A DNA stretch of 63,842 nt, the filler included, from Octopus bimaculoides (lineage: Eukaryota): assembly GCF_001194135.2 (NCBI RefSeq). It is 8 parts of 7 records of this genome, joined end to end, with 100 filler letters (N's around TTAATTAATTAA, not from the genome) between each part and the next. Parts side by side here need not be neighbours in the genome. Positions count along the whole stretch, not along the records: positions 46,027 to 53,349 come from NC_069000.1; positions 53,450 to 57,935 come from NC_069003.1; positions 58,036 to 62,446 come from NC_068989.1; positions 62,547 to 63,842 come from NC_068993.1; 4 more parts are not named here. One strand, 5' to 3'. The position numbers and the translations under genes are program-made. Shown here piece after piece: positions 51,119 to 63,560 of the stretch (positions are counted from its first letter, which is position 1; the number at the start of each line of letters is the position of its first letter). The notes beneath the pieces are model-generated. The model was not told where the DNA came from, ran no database searches, and saw only the letters and a program-made list of their open reading frames with translations.

Positions 51119-53574
51119 GAGTAACCGTAATATTGATAGCAAGCTCCAGAGATAAAAAAAAAAAACTATGAATATTACTACCGCTGTTTCTAGTGTATCA
51201 CGGATTGCACCTTTGAACTTGTCCAAAAAAGATGCAAGTAAAATCACTTCAACTTCAATGTCACCAGTACGAGGAGTCAAATGATGACCGAGAAGTCTCA
51301 TCTTCCAGCACATGGTGTACCAGGGGATAAAGCATCAGTACATCCTAATCCCTGGCGGCGATGGGGAGGAAGTAGATATGGGAGAAGAATGGAAAACTAG
51401 AAAGAACAGAGAAAAGTCAGGCAAGGGGCAGGAAGTCCTTTATGAAAGGGTACCTTCCCTCATGGGTTTCTTGAACCTTATGGTGATCAGAAAGGAAAGC
51501 AAGAGCGTAGAGGAATTGTTGAAGGTTTTGAAAAAAGGACAGGAGACCTGATGTCTTTACTAAAAAGGTAATGGGGAAGAATACCAAAGACCCCAAAATG
51601 ATAGACTAATAGTGAAAATCTGGTCAACAAACTTTATAAAGCTACTAAAACACTTTCTAAAGGATATGGGAGACTTTAAGTTTCGGCCGAGTACTCTCAC
51701 ATCTAAATTCGAGCAACTCAAGTTATAGTTGGAGCAGAAGCTGATTGTGGCTTGCTCCTACATAAATAGTGGTTTCTTAACCTTTTCTGAGTGGGTCGCC
51801 TCTATTTACATTCCTTTCGAGCTACAAATTTTTAACAGGCCTTAATGTATTGAATTACGTAAAACTGCTCCATTTTGTTAACATCGGACTTTAGGAAAAT
51901 AATACTAAACAAATCAAAACAGTTACAGTAAGCAAAAGAAATATTAATAAACACACAAATAACCGAAAGAAAATTTAAAAAAATAATGGCGTACATTTCA
52001 ACAAAAAAAATATACCCTAGTAGACGTTTAACAACGACATATAAAAACATGAACCCCTGTTATCACATGCTTCCAGTAGGGACCCACACAAAATACCTTT
52101 AAAAATTCAAATATTCACAAAACAAACCTTGTGAACAAAATGCATATAAATTTTTAATGATCCAATACAACAGTACTAGCTTAAAAACATATGTGTAACA
52201 ACACAACTTTTATTCCACAATCGTTCAAAGAAAGTTTTTACCCCCAAAAGCCAAAATCTTTTCAAAATCTTATTTTCACACAAATAAGTTTGGACAGGCA
52301 ATATCACAACGTAGGAGATCTTATAACATGCATAAAATTATGCATCCGGTGCGTAAATGCCGCATCCGAAACACTGTAGAAATGCAGCCATTCAAAATAT
52401 AAGGCGGAAACAAGAATCACATTAACATGATAAACCTACATATATACAACCGCGATCTGAGTTACTGTCCCACAAAATTACACAGCCTAACAGCAACGTA
52501 TTAACACCCTTCAAAACATTATAGTTGGGATAAGTTTCAATGCAAAATACACATCTTGGTTTCCTTAAAATACAGCTAACGCATGAGATGGCAAAATCGA
52601 AACTAAGCTCCTTTTACAACCTAAATAATTCACACATACAAATCTACTTCACTAAATTAACTGCTACAACTACTTACCATCATCACCACTACCACACTCA
52701 TCAATGCGACCACCCACCACAACCTCCAGCACTTACACAACTTTTACCACCGCCACCACTACCATATGCCTTCTGCTAGCAAAATGATGTATAAGCTAAC
52801 GTTGAACGGATATTCCTGTATTGCTAATGAAGAATAAACCATATTTGGATTATGAGACCAGGTGTAAAGACACAAACACAAGCACACACACGCATGATCA
52901 CATGCTTACATACAAGCATGCATCTGTATTTATAATATTCATATGCATGTATATATGTAAGAGTGTGTGCGAATCTCTCTCTCTCGCTATATATATATAT
53001 ATATATACACATACATACATACATACATACATACATACATACATACATACATACATAAGGCAAGACGAACTACTAGCGTTCTACCTCAGATTTGCGTTTG
53101 GCCGTACGGCTTTTGAATGTTGTTTTCACTGTCCATTTTTTCCTGTCTTGGTTTGTGTTTGCCACCTTGGAATCCTCTGTGTAGTGGGTTGATCCACTAC
53201 TCAGGAAGAGACTATTCTAGAGTACGTTCTGTCTTATCTTCGAAACGTCTAGATAGAATAGAGACAGCTGATGAAGGGATATTCCAAGGGGCTTTCCGTT
53301 TTCCTATATGTTCGTTCCGTTGTCTGTAGTTTATTGTTCTAACGTCCTGNNNNNNNNNNNNNNNNNNNNNNNNNNNNNNNNNNNNNNNNNNNNTTAATTA
53401 ATTAANNNNNNNNNNNNNNNNNNNNNNNNNNNNNNNNNNNNNNNNNNNNATATATATATATATATATACATATTTTATTGTCTGGAGAGAATCATTCTTT
53501 TTCAGTGCCTTATTATTTAACACACTCACCGGTTCGATTTCAACTGATTTGCTTATTTATTTTCTAAAATTTTC

Positions 53575-53717
53575 GTTCAAATTCAGCTGAGGTCGACTTT
53601 ACCTTTTATCCTTTAAGGGTCGATAAATTAAGTACCAATTGCATACTGGGGTTGACCTAATCGACTGGCCCCCCCTTCCCAAGAATTTTGGGCCTTGTGT
53701 CTACTGTAGAAAAGAAT
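53575..53717 (+). mobile_element. SINE family A 3' part
   Basis: GAGGTCGACTTTACCTTTTATCC...GTCGATAAATTAAGTACC. Confidence 0.75.
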
Positions 53718-54163
53718 ATATAATACCATCTGAAAAATAATATCATCGGAATAAGTACAGAGGATACCCTTGTTACTAACTACATACATAAATATCGACT
53801 CAAGAAATAATGGTGGAACATTTCCACCAAAATTTCTATCAAATGTAAGCATAACAAACCCGTCGTCTTCGTCGACGTTGTTGTTGTCGTTGTTGCTGTT
53901 GCTGCTGCTACTGCTCACGTGAGGAAAAGAAAGATGGACGGTGGTCACGTGTGAGCAACACGAGAGAGAGAGTGAGAGAAAAAGAGAAAGAGGAGAGAGA
54001 GAAAAGAGCGAAGGAGGGAGGGAGAGAAAAAGAGAATTAGAGAAGGATGGGGGAAGAAAACAGTATAGAGTAGAGAGTCGCATCAAAAATGTGAAGATAG
54101 ACTTGGAAATGGATGCGCCGCGTTCAATCAAATAATAAATAGTAAATAACACACACACACACA

Positions 54164-54207
<44 letters not shown>

Positions 54208-55099
54208 NNNNNNNNNNNNNNNNNNNNNNNNNNNNNNNNNNNNNNNNNNNNNNNNNNNNNNNNNNNNNNNNNNNNNNNNNNNNNNNNNNNNNNNNNNNNN
54301 NNNNNNNNNNNNNNNNNNNNNNNNNNNNNNNNNNNNNNNNNNNNNNNNNNNNNNNNNNNNNNNNNNNNNNNNNNNNNNNNNNNNNNNNNNNNNNNNNNNN
54401 NNNNNNNNNNNNNNNNNNNNNNNNNNNNNNNNNNNNNNNNNNNNNNNNNNNNNNNNNNNNNNNNNNNNNNNNNNNNNNNNNNNNNNNNNNNNNNNNNNNN
54501 NNNNNNNNNNNNNNNNNNNNNNNNNNNNNNNNNNNNNNNNNNNNNNNNNNNNNNNNNNNNNNNNNNNNNNNNNNNNNNNNNNNNNNNNNNNNNNNNNNNN
54601 NNNNNNNNNNNNNNNNNNNNNNNNNNNNNNNNNNNNNNNNNNNNNNNNNNNNNNNNNNNNNNNNNNNNNNNNNNNNNNNNNNNNNNNNNNNNNNNNNNNN
54701 NNNNNNNNNNNNNNNNNNNNNNNNNNNNNNNNNNNNNNNNNNNNNNNNATATAATAAATATACACATGCACTTATAGGTACCGTCGTTGAATGCACGAAA
54801 TGAGAAGTAGATCGTCCATCTTTCTTTTCCTCACGTGACTATCTTTTTTTTCCTGCACGGACGTTAAAAAAAACGGATGTATTTTTTTTCTCTACTATTT
54901 TTTCTCTTTTCAAAAACATGTTTCTCACAGCATTCACTATTTTCCTCTCGTTCTGGTTATTGGTCACTGAGGAGACGGAATCATATCGAAACACCGTGGC
55001 TAGCGATCCACCGACATTCTGAGCGAAGTCTTATGTCTTTCTTTCTTCACACCCCGTCTCTTTTCTATTCTCTCCTTTACTATTTCTTTTTCTCTCCCG

Positions 55100-55177
55100 C
55101 TCTTTCTTTCTAGCTTTCTCACTTCTCTTTTTTTCTCTTTCCCTCTAACATCACACTCTCCGTCTCTTTGTCTCTTT

Positions 55178-55215
<38 letters not shown>

Positions 55216-55253
55216 GCACCGCCCTTTCTTTCCACTTCTCTCTACCTCTTTTG

Positions 55254-55288
<35 letters not shown>

Positions 55289-55450
55289 AGAATCCACTCT
55301 CCTGTTTCTTTCTCTTTCTTTCTCTTTTTCTCCTTCTCTTCCTTCGTCTCCCTCTTACCTCCATTTCTCTCTCTACCTCTTCTCCTTTTCCCTCTCTCCC
55401 TCCCCCACTCTCTCTTTTTTCTCTCTCTCTCTCTCAGAATCCATTTTCCT
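55100..55450. repeat. CT-rich low-complexity tract with small internal duplication
   Basis: (CT)n-CAGAATCCA twice (about 55285 and 55434). Confidence 0.8.
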
Positions 55451-55939
55451 GCCTCGGCCTGGTTTATTATCCTCCTTTCAAACAAAAACACCAGCCAGTC
55501 CTAGAATCAGACAAGGTGAACGTGGACAGGTGGACACGCCGATGAAACAAAAATAATAATAATAATAACACAAGATCGAAAAACTAAAGAGCATAAATAT
55601 CAATACAATTCCCAATAAAACATATCGATTAGCTACGATATTGGAGCGATTTCTTCAATTCGATCATTTGTATCTCAAAGAATAACGGAAATTAACCAAT
55701 GAAGGAATAAATAAATAAATAAATAAATAAATAACCAAAATTTTGTTTTTTGTTGCTTTTTATTGTTTTTTTATTGTTTGCTCTACAAATTATTGTTTGA
55801 TTGGCGATTGATCGATTGATCTGTATGATTTGTTTTATATGTTTATTGGATTTTTTAATTGATTTGTTAATTAACGATTCTTCTGTTTTCCCTTTCGTTT
55901 TTTTTTTTGGCACCATTTTTATTTGTGTTATTGTTGTTA

Positions 55940-56190
55940 TTGTTTTTGTTGTTGTTGTTGTTGTTGTTCTTCTTCTTCTTCTTCTTCTTCTTCTTCTTCT
56001 TCTTCTTCTTCTTCTTTTTCTTCTTCTTCCTCTTCTTCTTCTTCTTCGTCTCATCGTTTTTGTTGCAGCTGTTGTTTTGTCTTTGCTGTTGTTGTTTTTG
56101 TCGCTGTCATCATTTTTTTGTTATTTTGTTCTTGTTATACTATTCTTCTCGTTGTTGTTGTTGCTGCTGCTGTTGTTGTCGCCATTGTTG
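55940..56190. repeat. (GTT)n/(CTT)n/(GCT)n compound microsatellite
   Basis: Read directly. Confidence 0.9.
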
Positions 56191-56280
56191 TTTCAGGTGC
56201 GATTTGAGGAAAGATTTGGGTTGCTATTTCTAGCTATCGACTGATTATATCTATGCGCATACATGCTCTTTTACTCCTTT

Positions 56281-56347
56281 TTTTTATTCTTTTACTTGTT
56301 TCAGTCATTTGACTGTGGCCATGCTGGAGCACCGCCTTTTAGTCGAA
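56281..56347 (-). mobile_element. SINE-B 3' end
   Basis: TTTTACTTGTTTCAGTCATTTGACTGTGGCCATGCTGGAGCACCGCC. Confidence 0.8.
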
Positions 56348-57136
56348 TGAAAGAAGAAGAAGAAGAAGAAGAAGAAGAAGAAGAAGAAGAAGNNNNNNNN
56401 NNNNNNNNNNNNNNNNNNNNNNNNNNNNNNNNNNNNNNNNNNNNNNNNNNNNNNNNNNNNNNNNNNNNNNNNNNNNNNNNNNNNNNNNNNNNNNNNNNNN
56501 NNNNNNNNNNNNNNNNNNNNNNNNNNNNNNNNNNNNNNNNNNNNNNNNNNNNNNNNNNNNNNNNNNNNNNNNNNNNNNNNNNNNNNNNNNNNNNNNNNNN
56601 NNNNNNNNNNNNNNNNNNNNNNNNNNNNNNNNNNNNNNNNNNNNNNNNNNNNNNNNNNNNNNNNNNNNNNNNNNNNNNNNNNNNNNNNNNNNNNNNNNNN
56701 NNNNNNNNNNNNNNNNNNNNNNNNNNNNNNNNNNNNNNNNNNNNNNNNNNNNNNNNNNNNNNNNNNNNNNNNNNNNNNNNNNNNNNNNNNNNNNNNNNNN
56801 NNNNNNNNNNNNNNNNNNNNNNNNNNNNNNNNNNNNNNNNNNNNNNNNNNNNNNNNNNNNNNNNNNNNNNNNNNNNNNNNNNNNNNNNNNNNNNNNNNNN
56901 NNNNNNNNNNNNNNNNNNNNNNNNNNNNNNNNNNNNNNNNNNNNNNNNNNNNNNNNNNNNNNNNNNNNNNNNNNNNNNNNNNNNNNNNNNNNNNNNNNNN
57001 NNNNNNNNNNNNNNNNNNNNNNNNNNNNNNNNNNNNNNNNNNNNNNNNNNNNNNNNNNNNNNNNNNNNNNNNNNNNNNNNNNNNNNNNNNNNNNNNNNNN
57101 NNNNNNNNNNNNNNNNNNNNNNNNNNNNNNNNNNNN

Positions 57137-57180
57137 GGATTTGGTAGACGGGACTGAAAGAAGCCCGTCGTATATATATG

Positions 57181-57219
<39 letters not shown>

Positions 57220-57410
57220 TTGTCCCCTCAACATTGCTTGACAACCAATGGTGGTGTGTTTACGTCTCCGTAACTTAGCGGTTCGGCAAAAGAGACCGAT
57301 AGGATAAGTACTAGGCTTCCAAAGAATAAGTCCTGGGGTCGATTTGCTCGACTAAAGGCGGTGCCCCAGCATGGCCGCAGTCAAATGACTGAAACAAGTA
57401 AAAGAGTAAA
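57137..57410 (+). mobile_element. SINE family B (head lost in gap)
   Basis: Well-preserved body ending GACTGAAACAAGTAAAAGAGTAAA. Confidence 0.88.
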
Positions 57411-57678
57411 ACAGAGAGTAAAGAGAATATAGATTATATGCATAAATTATTGTCTTTGATGGTATACACGAGACTGTTTCGTTTTTAGAATGCCACAAAA
57501 ACAACACCCCGGGTTCATTATACAAAGTTGGGTCTCTCCTAAGTAAATTTTTCTCCTAGATGGTCAGTACTATAGGCTGATTTCAATCCAGTTATCCCCT
57601 CCTCCTGTTTACATTCGACATTGTTCTCTGGTACCGTTTTGTAATGTACTGCTAGACTGCTTTCAATATTACATGCTT

Positions 57679-57790
57679 TAAAGGCGGTGAGCTGGTAGAA
57701 TCGTTGGCATGCCCGACATTTCTGAGTTCCGGGTTGACTTTGCCTTTCATCCTGCTGCGATCGATAAAACAAGTACCAGTTGAATACTGA
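57679..57790 (+). mobile_element. SINE family A, internally deleted
   Basis: AAGGCGGTGAGCTGGTAGAATCGTTGGCATGCC head. Confidence 0.75.
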
Positions 57791-58074
57791 GGAAGGTGGG
57801 GAGAAGGAGGAAGAGCTGAGTCGTGATTATGGTGGTGGTGGTGGTGGTGGTGGAGGTTTTAAAGTTGGTAATAGTCTTGGTGGTGGTGGTATTGGTGGTG
57901 GTGTTGGTGGTGGTGGTGGTGGTGATGGTGGTGGTNNNNNNNNNNNNNNNNNNNNNNNNNNNNNNNNNNNNNNNNNNNNTTAATTAATTAANNNNNNNNN
58001 NNNNNNNNNNNNNNNNNNNNNNNNNNNNNNNNNNNATATATGCATATATATATATATATATCATAATACAAATA

Positions 58075-58315
58075 ATATGTGAGTATATGCATGTATACGT
58101 ACATGTATGTACATACCTACATCTACATGTATATATAGATGCATATCTGGGTACAGGGCGTCACAAAAAAAACGTGGACAAAATGAAAAACAGGAATATA
58201 AACAAAGCACGGAAAACAGACTGTTTTTCAGACAACGGTAGGAACACGCAGGAAAACAGACAGGCCACATAGAGAACATTTCCGTCATCAGCTGCCCCTA
58301 TTCTAAACTAAGCGT
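58075..58315 (-). repeat. Second copy of the 35332-35525 repeat
   Basis: Reverse-complement match. Confidence 0.6.
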
Positions 58316-58354
58316 ATATATATATATATAATATATATATAGGTACTAAGAAAA

Positions 58355-58790
58355 ATGTCTCATTGCAACATGTCAGCTATTGGGAAAGACTTAAAGAAGT
58401 AAAACTCTTCTCCCTGGAACGAAGGCGGGCGAGATATGCAGTGATATACATTTGGAAAGTCTTAGAAAGCCTTGTACCAAGCTTTGGCATTGAAAGTTAC
58501 TCAAACTGCAGAAAGGGGCACCACTGCATAGAACCAAAGATCCCAGCATCGCCATCATAATACAGGACCAGATACTGCAACAATGTGGGCTTCAAGGGAC
58601 CATAGCTCTTTAATATCCTTCCAAAATGCCTGAGAGACCTGTCACGGGTTCCAGACGAGCCTACCTCATGGCAGGAAATACAAACTCCGGCATTGACCAA
58701 ATGCCACATATCAGAGGAGATTCCAAATAATGGTGTAGCTCAGTCAATGTTTGTGCTCCAGCATGACCGCATCTTTGCAGCTGAAACATT
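58355..58790 (+). mobile_element. CR1-like LINE 3' fragment
   Basis: SYWERLKEVKLFSLERRRARYAVIYIWKVLE, GP.LFNILPKCLRDL. Confidence 0.8.
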
Positions 58791-58885
58791 TTAAAATAGT
58801 TAAAATAACAACATATATGCATAATGGATATAGATACATAATATATAAATATATACATATACATATATATACATAATATATATAT

Positions 58886-58927
<42 letters not shown>

Positions 58928-59719
58928 CGTATATTATATAAATATAATATACATCGATATAATATATATATATACAAAAATATATATATGATATAGATAC
59001 ATATGACATATACATATATAATATATACATACATATACTATATATATGATATATATATCTAATATAAATAATAATAAAAGAGTTACGACGCAAAAATGTA
59101 TATATTAAAATGAACATATTTATCTTCTTCAATATATATTTCAGTATAAAGAATTCATTAAGAGACTTAATAAATCAAAATTTCTTTGCACATCTTCAGG
59201 AATAAATATAACACAAACCGTTCATGGCGAAAAAAATTCTCAATTACAAAAACCGAACAAAATTTTTAAAGTTTTAGCAAAAAGAACGCTATTACCTACA
59301 TGAAGTCATCCGCGTGTGCGCCCGTACACACACGCACACACGTTCATGCCCGCACACACGTTCACGCTCACATGCATATGTATGCATACACAAACAATCA
59401 AAATTCACAAGTCATAAACACATACACACACACACGCATACATCCACATATATATATATATAAATATAAAAATATATTTAAAAAAACTGATTTTAAAATA
59501 TATTATAAAATTATATATACATATACACAAAANNNNNNNNNNNNNNNNNNNNNNNNNNNNNNNNNNNNNNNNNNNNNNNNNNNNNNNNNNNNNNNNNNNN
59601 NNNNNNNNNNNNNNNNNNNNNNNNNNNNNNNNTAAATATAATATGTGACAATTATTCGGTAGCCATGATAAAACTCCGAGTGCTGACGTGGGTTTCCTCC
59701 CCGACATCTGAAAATAGGT

Positions 59720-59883
59720 GCAGGCTTGGCCATGTGATAAGTAGTTTACTTTCCAACCACATGGTTCTGTGTTCAGTCCTACTGCATGATACTTTGGGCA
59801 AGTATCTTCTATTATAGTGCCAGGTTGACCAAAATTTTGTGAGTGGACTTGGTAGATGAAAACTGGAAGAAGTTTGTTGTGTG
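59720..59883 (+). mobile_element. SINE-B 5' half
   Basis: CCAACCACATGGTTCTGTGTTCAGTCCTACTGC..CTTTGGGCAAGT. Confidence 0.75.
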
Positions 59884-60110
59884 TGAGGTCTTGTCTTCTT
59901 TTTTGCTTATAAAATCTTTATCTTAGCTAAGTTTATCTTAAGACTTCTTGATTCCAGGTTTAGCTTCCATGCTAGGAATTTCCTCTTTAATTCCCCAGTA
60001 GATTCAGCTATGTGAAGTTCACATGGAAGCTAAACCTGGTATCAAGAAGTCTTAAGATAAACTTAGCTAAGATAAAGATTTTAATAAGTAAAAAAGAAGA
60101 CAAGACCTCA
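59884..60110. repeat. Fold-back inverted repeat, 88-bp arms, 50-bp spacer
   Basis: 59884-59971 vs 60022-60110, 2 mismatches and a 1-nt indel. Confidence 0.95.
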
Positions 60111-60289
60111 GTATCTTAAGGGAAATATCTTTGTTCAATATGCAGAAAAGGCTTAAGTATAAACTGCATACACTACACTTAATGTAAACTATGGACACTC
60201 AAGAGATATAGTGAAATCATAGGCAGGCAAGCACAGAACATAAGCTTGATGTGTGAGAGATGCATTGGAGCAGTACATTCTATGAAACA

Positions 60290-60395
60290 TAGAGTGAAAG
60301 GCAGATTGTATGATCCTTGTGTTAAAACTGCTATGTTGCAGCATGGTAATGAGACGTGACCCTTGAATGAAGAGGACGTGAAAAAGCTGGAAGTC
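60290..60395 (+). mobile_element. Small RTE fragment
   Basis: RVKGRLYDPCVKTAML..GNET. Confidence 0.6.
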
Positions 60396-60815
60396 TGGTC
60401 AAGAAAAACCTGCCCATCATGGGGAATTACTCTGCTAATACATGCTGGACACAGTATGGACTTATAAACTTTTAATATACTTAGTAGTATGTTTTGGTTG
60501 TATAATGAAATACAGTGTCCCTACTAGCAATTAATAAATATATATATTATGCATATACATATACTTATATTAAACCTTCAAACAAAAGAAATTATGGTAA
60601 GATATAATTTGGAAGATAAAACGGAACCTTATGAACCTAAAATGCCAAGAATTATTCTTAAGGACTACAAACCTAACTTTGATACAAATCCATCTGTTAG
60701 ACTTATATGTCCTTCTAAATCTGATCTTGGTAAAATTAGTAAATTTATATTAGATAACTACATACCAAAATTTGGGAACATAATAAAGCTAAATCTTTGG
60801 TCCAGTTCATGAAGT

Positions 60816-60825
60816 ATTTGTGATG

Positions 60826-60861
<36 letters not shown>

Positions 60862-61229
60862 GCATTGATTTTGAGCTCTATCCTTTAAGAGACATGTATA
60901 CATATATATATACAAAAACTCAACTGTGAGTTTTTGGCTAAGACTGTTAACAGATACTATATATTTTGTAAAATTTGTTTTATAAAAGTATATATTTAAT
61001 ATATATATATATATATATATATATTTGTAATTATGTACTGTCTGTGTATATCCCACTGATGAGGCAGAGTATATTTTTATGGAAAGCCAGAAATCTAGAT
61101 CTGGGATTATCGAATAATTTTTTGCTAGTTTTTTTTTTTTGTCTATTTGTCATTTCTCCTCCTCGTGCTGTATGAATACTTAATGTGGTTTTAGAGTCAA
61201 GTTTTGACTGCTATCTCCAGTATGGTGGT
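60816..61229 (+). mobile_element. 414-bp hammerhead-containing insertion flanked by ATGAAGT
   Basis: ATGAAGT at 60809-15 and 61230-36; the PLE reading resumes across it. Confidence 0.65.
61050..61107 (+). ncRNA. Minimal type I hammerhead ribozyme motif
   Basis: ATCCCA-CTGATGA-GGC(loop)GCC-A-GAAA-TCTAGA-TC^TGGGAT; 6-bp stem I, palindromic stem III. Confidence 0.65.
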
Positions 61230-62349
61230 ATGAAGTGATTAACTAGTTTACACAAATACAAAATGAAGAAAAAACTAAATTTATTCAGATAGATATTTCA
61301 AATTACTATGCTTCTATAAACCCAATACTACTTAATAAAGCACTGATGGTTGCAATGAAAAATTCAGAAATAACAAGGGATGAAATAGATGTTATTTTAG
61401 TGGCAAGAAAATCAATTGTTAAATGTGAGAATAAATATTAAATTAGAAAAGATAGACTGGATATGTTTGACATAACTATGGGTTCTACAGATTCGGTGCA
61501 GGTTACAGATTTAGTGGGAATTTATCTATTATTTTGTCTAAATAACGAATTCCCTGAAATATCAGGAGGTTTATGTAGGGATGATGCACTTTTTACAAGC
61601 GTAAACACTTCTAGTAGAATGTTAGAAAAATATAGAAAGAAATTTTTTCAATTCTTTAAAAATATAGGTCTATCGATAATGATAGAAGATAAGCATAACC
61701 CTGTTAATTTCTTAGATGTTACATTAGAAATCAAAACAGGAATTTATAAACCCTTTCATAAACCTAATGAAAGCGTAAAATGTATAAACATTGGAAGTAA
61801 TCATCCCAAATCAGTAACAAACTTACTAATAAAGAACATTTTGACAAGAATAACTAAATTATCCGTCAATGAGAATATTTTCAAACTAAACTATAACTTA
61901 GCACTTAGTAAAGCAGCATGTAAAGATAAAATAAAGTTTAATAAGTCAAATAATGAATCTGATTTAAAAAGTAATTTTAATAACGTAAATCTAAAATCTA
62001 GGGCTATAAATAAATCTACTTATACAAAAAATAGTAATGGAAATTTAAAATCAAATATAGAAGTTAATAAAATAACAAGAATAGGTAATTTTAATAGAGA
62101 AAATAATCAAATGAGCAAATATAATAATTCAAGCAAAAGGAAAAACTATAAGATAATTGATAACTGAGTTTTAAATTCTTGTACTAATAGAAATGAGGAT
62201 GATGTATTCTCTAATAAAATCTCAAATTCTTTCAATATAAAAACAACTAAAAGATTTAAAGATAAAATAAATGCTAATTTTAGTAAGGATCGAAATCAAA
62301 AAATACTTACTCCTTTGAAAAACTGGTATATACATCAAGATTATGATTT

Positions 62350-62446
62350 CATCATCATCATCATCATCGTTTAACGTCCGCTTTCCATGCTAGCATGGGT
62401 TGGACGATTTGACTGAGGACTGGTGAAACCGGATGGCTACACCAGG
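62350..62446 (-). mobile_element. Young RTE 3' end with (ATG)n tail, running into a gap
   Basis: 2 mismatches over about 82 bp versus the 32051 copy. Confidence 0.9.
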
Positions 62447-62546
62447 NNNNNNNNNNNNNNNNNNNNNNNNNNNNNNNNNNNNNNNNNNNNTTAATTAATT
62501 AANNNNNNNNNNNNNNNNNNNNNNNNNNNNNNNNNNNNNNNNNNNN

Positions 62547-62598
62547 ATAAAAGACACTTGCCAAGGTGCCATGCAGTGGGACTGAACCTGGAATCATG
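62547..62598 (-). mobile_element. SINE-B head fragment
   Basis: GACACTTGCCAAGGTGCCATGCAGTGGGACTGAACC. Confidence 0.65.
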
Positions 62599-63560
62599 CG
62601 AACCTTTTGAAGTTAAAATTATCAGTCAAATCTCGAAATCACACGCTATCGTCTTAAAAAGAGGAAGGGCATATCGAATTATATGGTTCTAGATATAAAT
62701 ATTTAGAAAGAAAAAAAAATGTGAATGCCTTTCATCGTGGGATGGGTTGACCCGCATTAGTGAGGAGCGAGAGTAAAGCAACAACAACAACAAAGTTTTT
62801 AATTTTTCAGTGAATTAAGCAATTTTTCATCATACCATTCTTGTGTCTTATATTCTATATACTAAGTAGACTGTCATGTTGTTATTGGTCTCAGCACACC
62901 TCCTTTTGGACTGGGCTGGGTGTACCCTGTTTTTTTTTTTTTGGTGATTCTTTGACCCTGTATTAATTTTCATTGCGCAATATAATTTATACTTATACAA
63001 ACACACACATACACAAAGGCTGTGTTAGAGCAGCTGTAGTCTAAAACATTGTATCAACATCCGGAACAACACATCCGGCAAACTTACAATTGGAAGCGTC
63101 CTGAATATTCTTTTTCCCGGTTTTCGAGGAAAACTAAAAAATTGTATTTATCAGATGCATTTTAAAAGCAGGTTCTAAGTGGGATTTACCACTCCACTTA
63201 AAATTCTTAAAATATATTATACTATACCACGTATCGACTATATAATGTTTATAGCGTGAAAATTAACAATTTCCTTGGTATGCAATGCCAGAATAAGAAA
63301 GCTTTATCTGCCTTATACACTCGTTCAAGAGAGAGAGAGAGAGAGCGAGAGAGCGAGAGAGTCTCTCATCAGAAACCAGTTTGGCAAATTCATCTAATTA
63401 CCTTTCTGCAGCTTCGTGGAGTTTGTTTAAATCTGTTGAACCACCCGGGTGAATATTCGGGTGGAATTGTCAATTTTAATTTGTCGTGAAAAAGTTGAGT
63501 TTTGCCCATTGTATTGGAAAGAGTAAGTAAAAACTTTTCACTCCGACGCTATCTGGTCCA

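Larger units (their letters stand above)
60560..62340 (+). mobile_element. PLE reverse transcriptase pseudogene, split by an insertion
   Basis: ILKDYKPNFDTNPSVRLICPSKSDLGKISK, LWSSS//YEVIN.FTQI..KFIQIDISNYYASI, FDITMGS, CRDD, VNFLDVTL, YKPFHKPN, SNHP. Confidence 0.88.

Noticed and set aside
54843-55030. Protein-like open frames on both strands
   Set aside because: Minus frame lacks an acceptor; the plus acceptor sits in generally CT-rich DNA; no recognisable homology
56281-57410. Inverted SINE-B pair around a gap as a dsRNA structure
   Set aside because: Spacing and orientation depend on an unresolved gap of about 740 N
13664-62492. TTAATTAATTAA repeated seven times (13664, 26084, 42357, 45971, 53394, 57980, 62481)
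   Set aside because: Always embedded in N runs forming a roughly 100-bp spacer and encoding stops in all frames: a scaffolding linker, not biology
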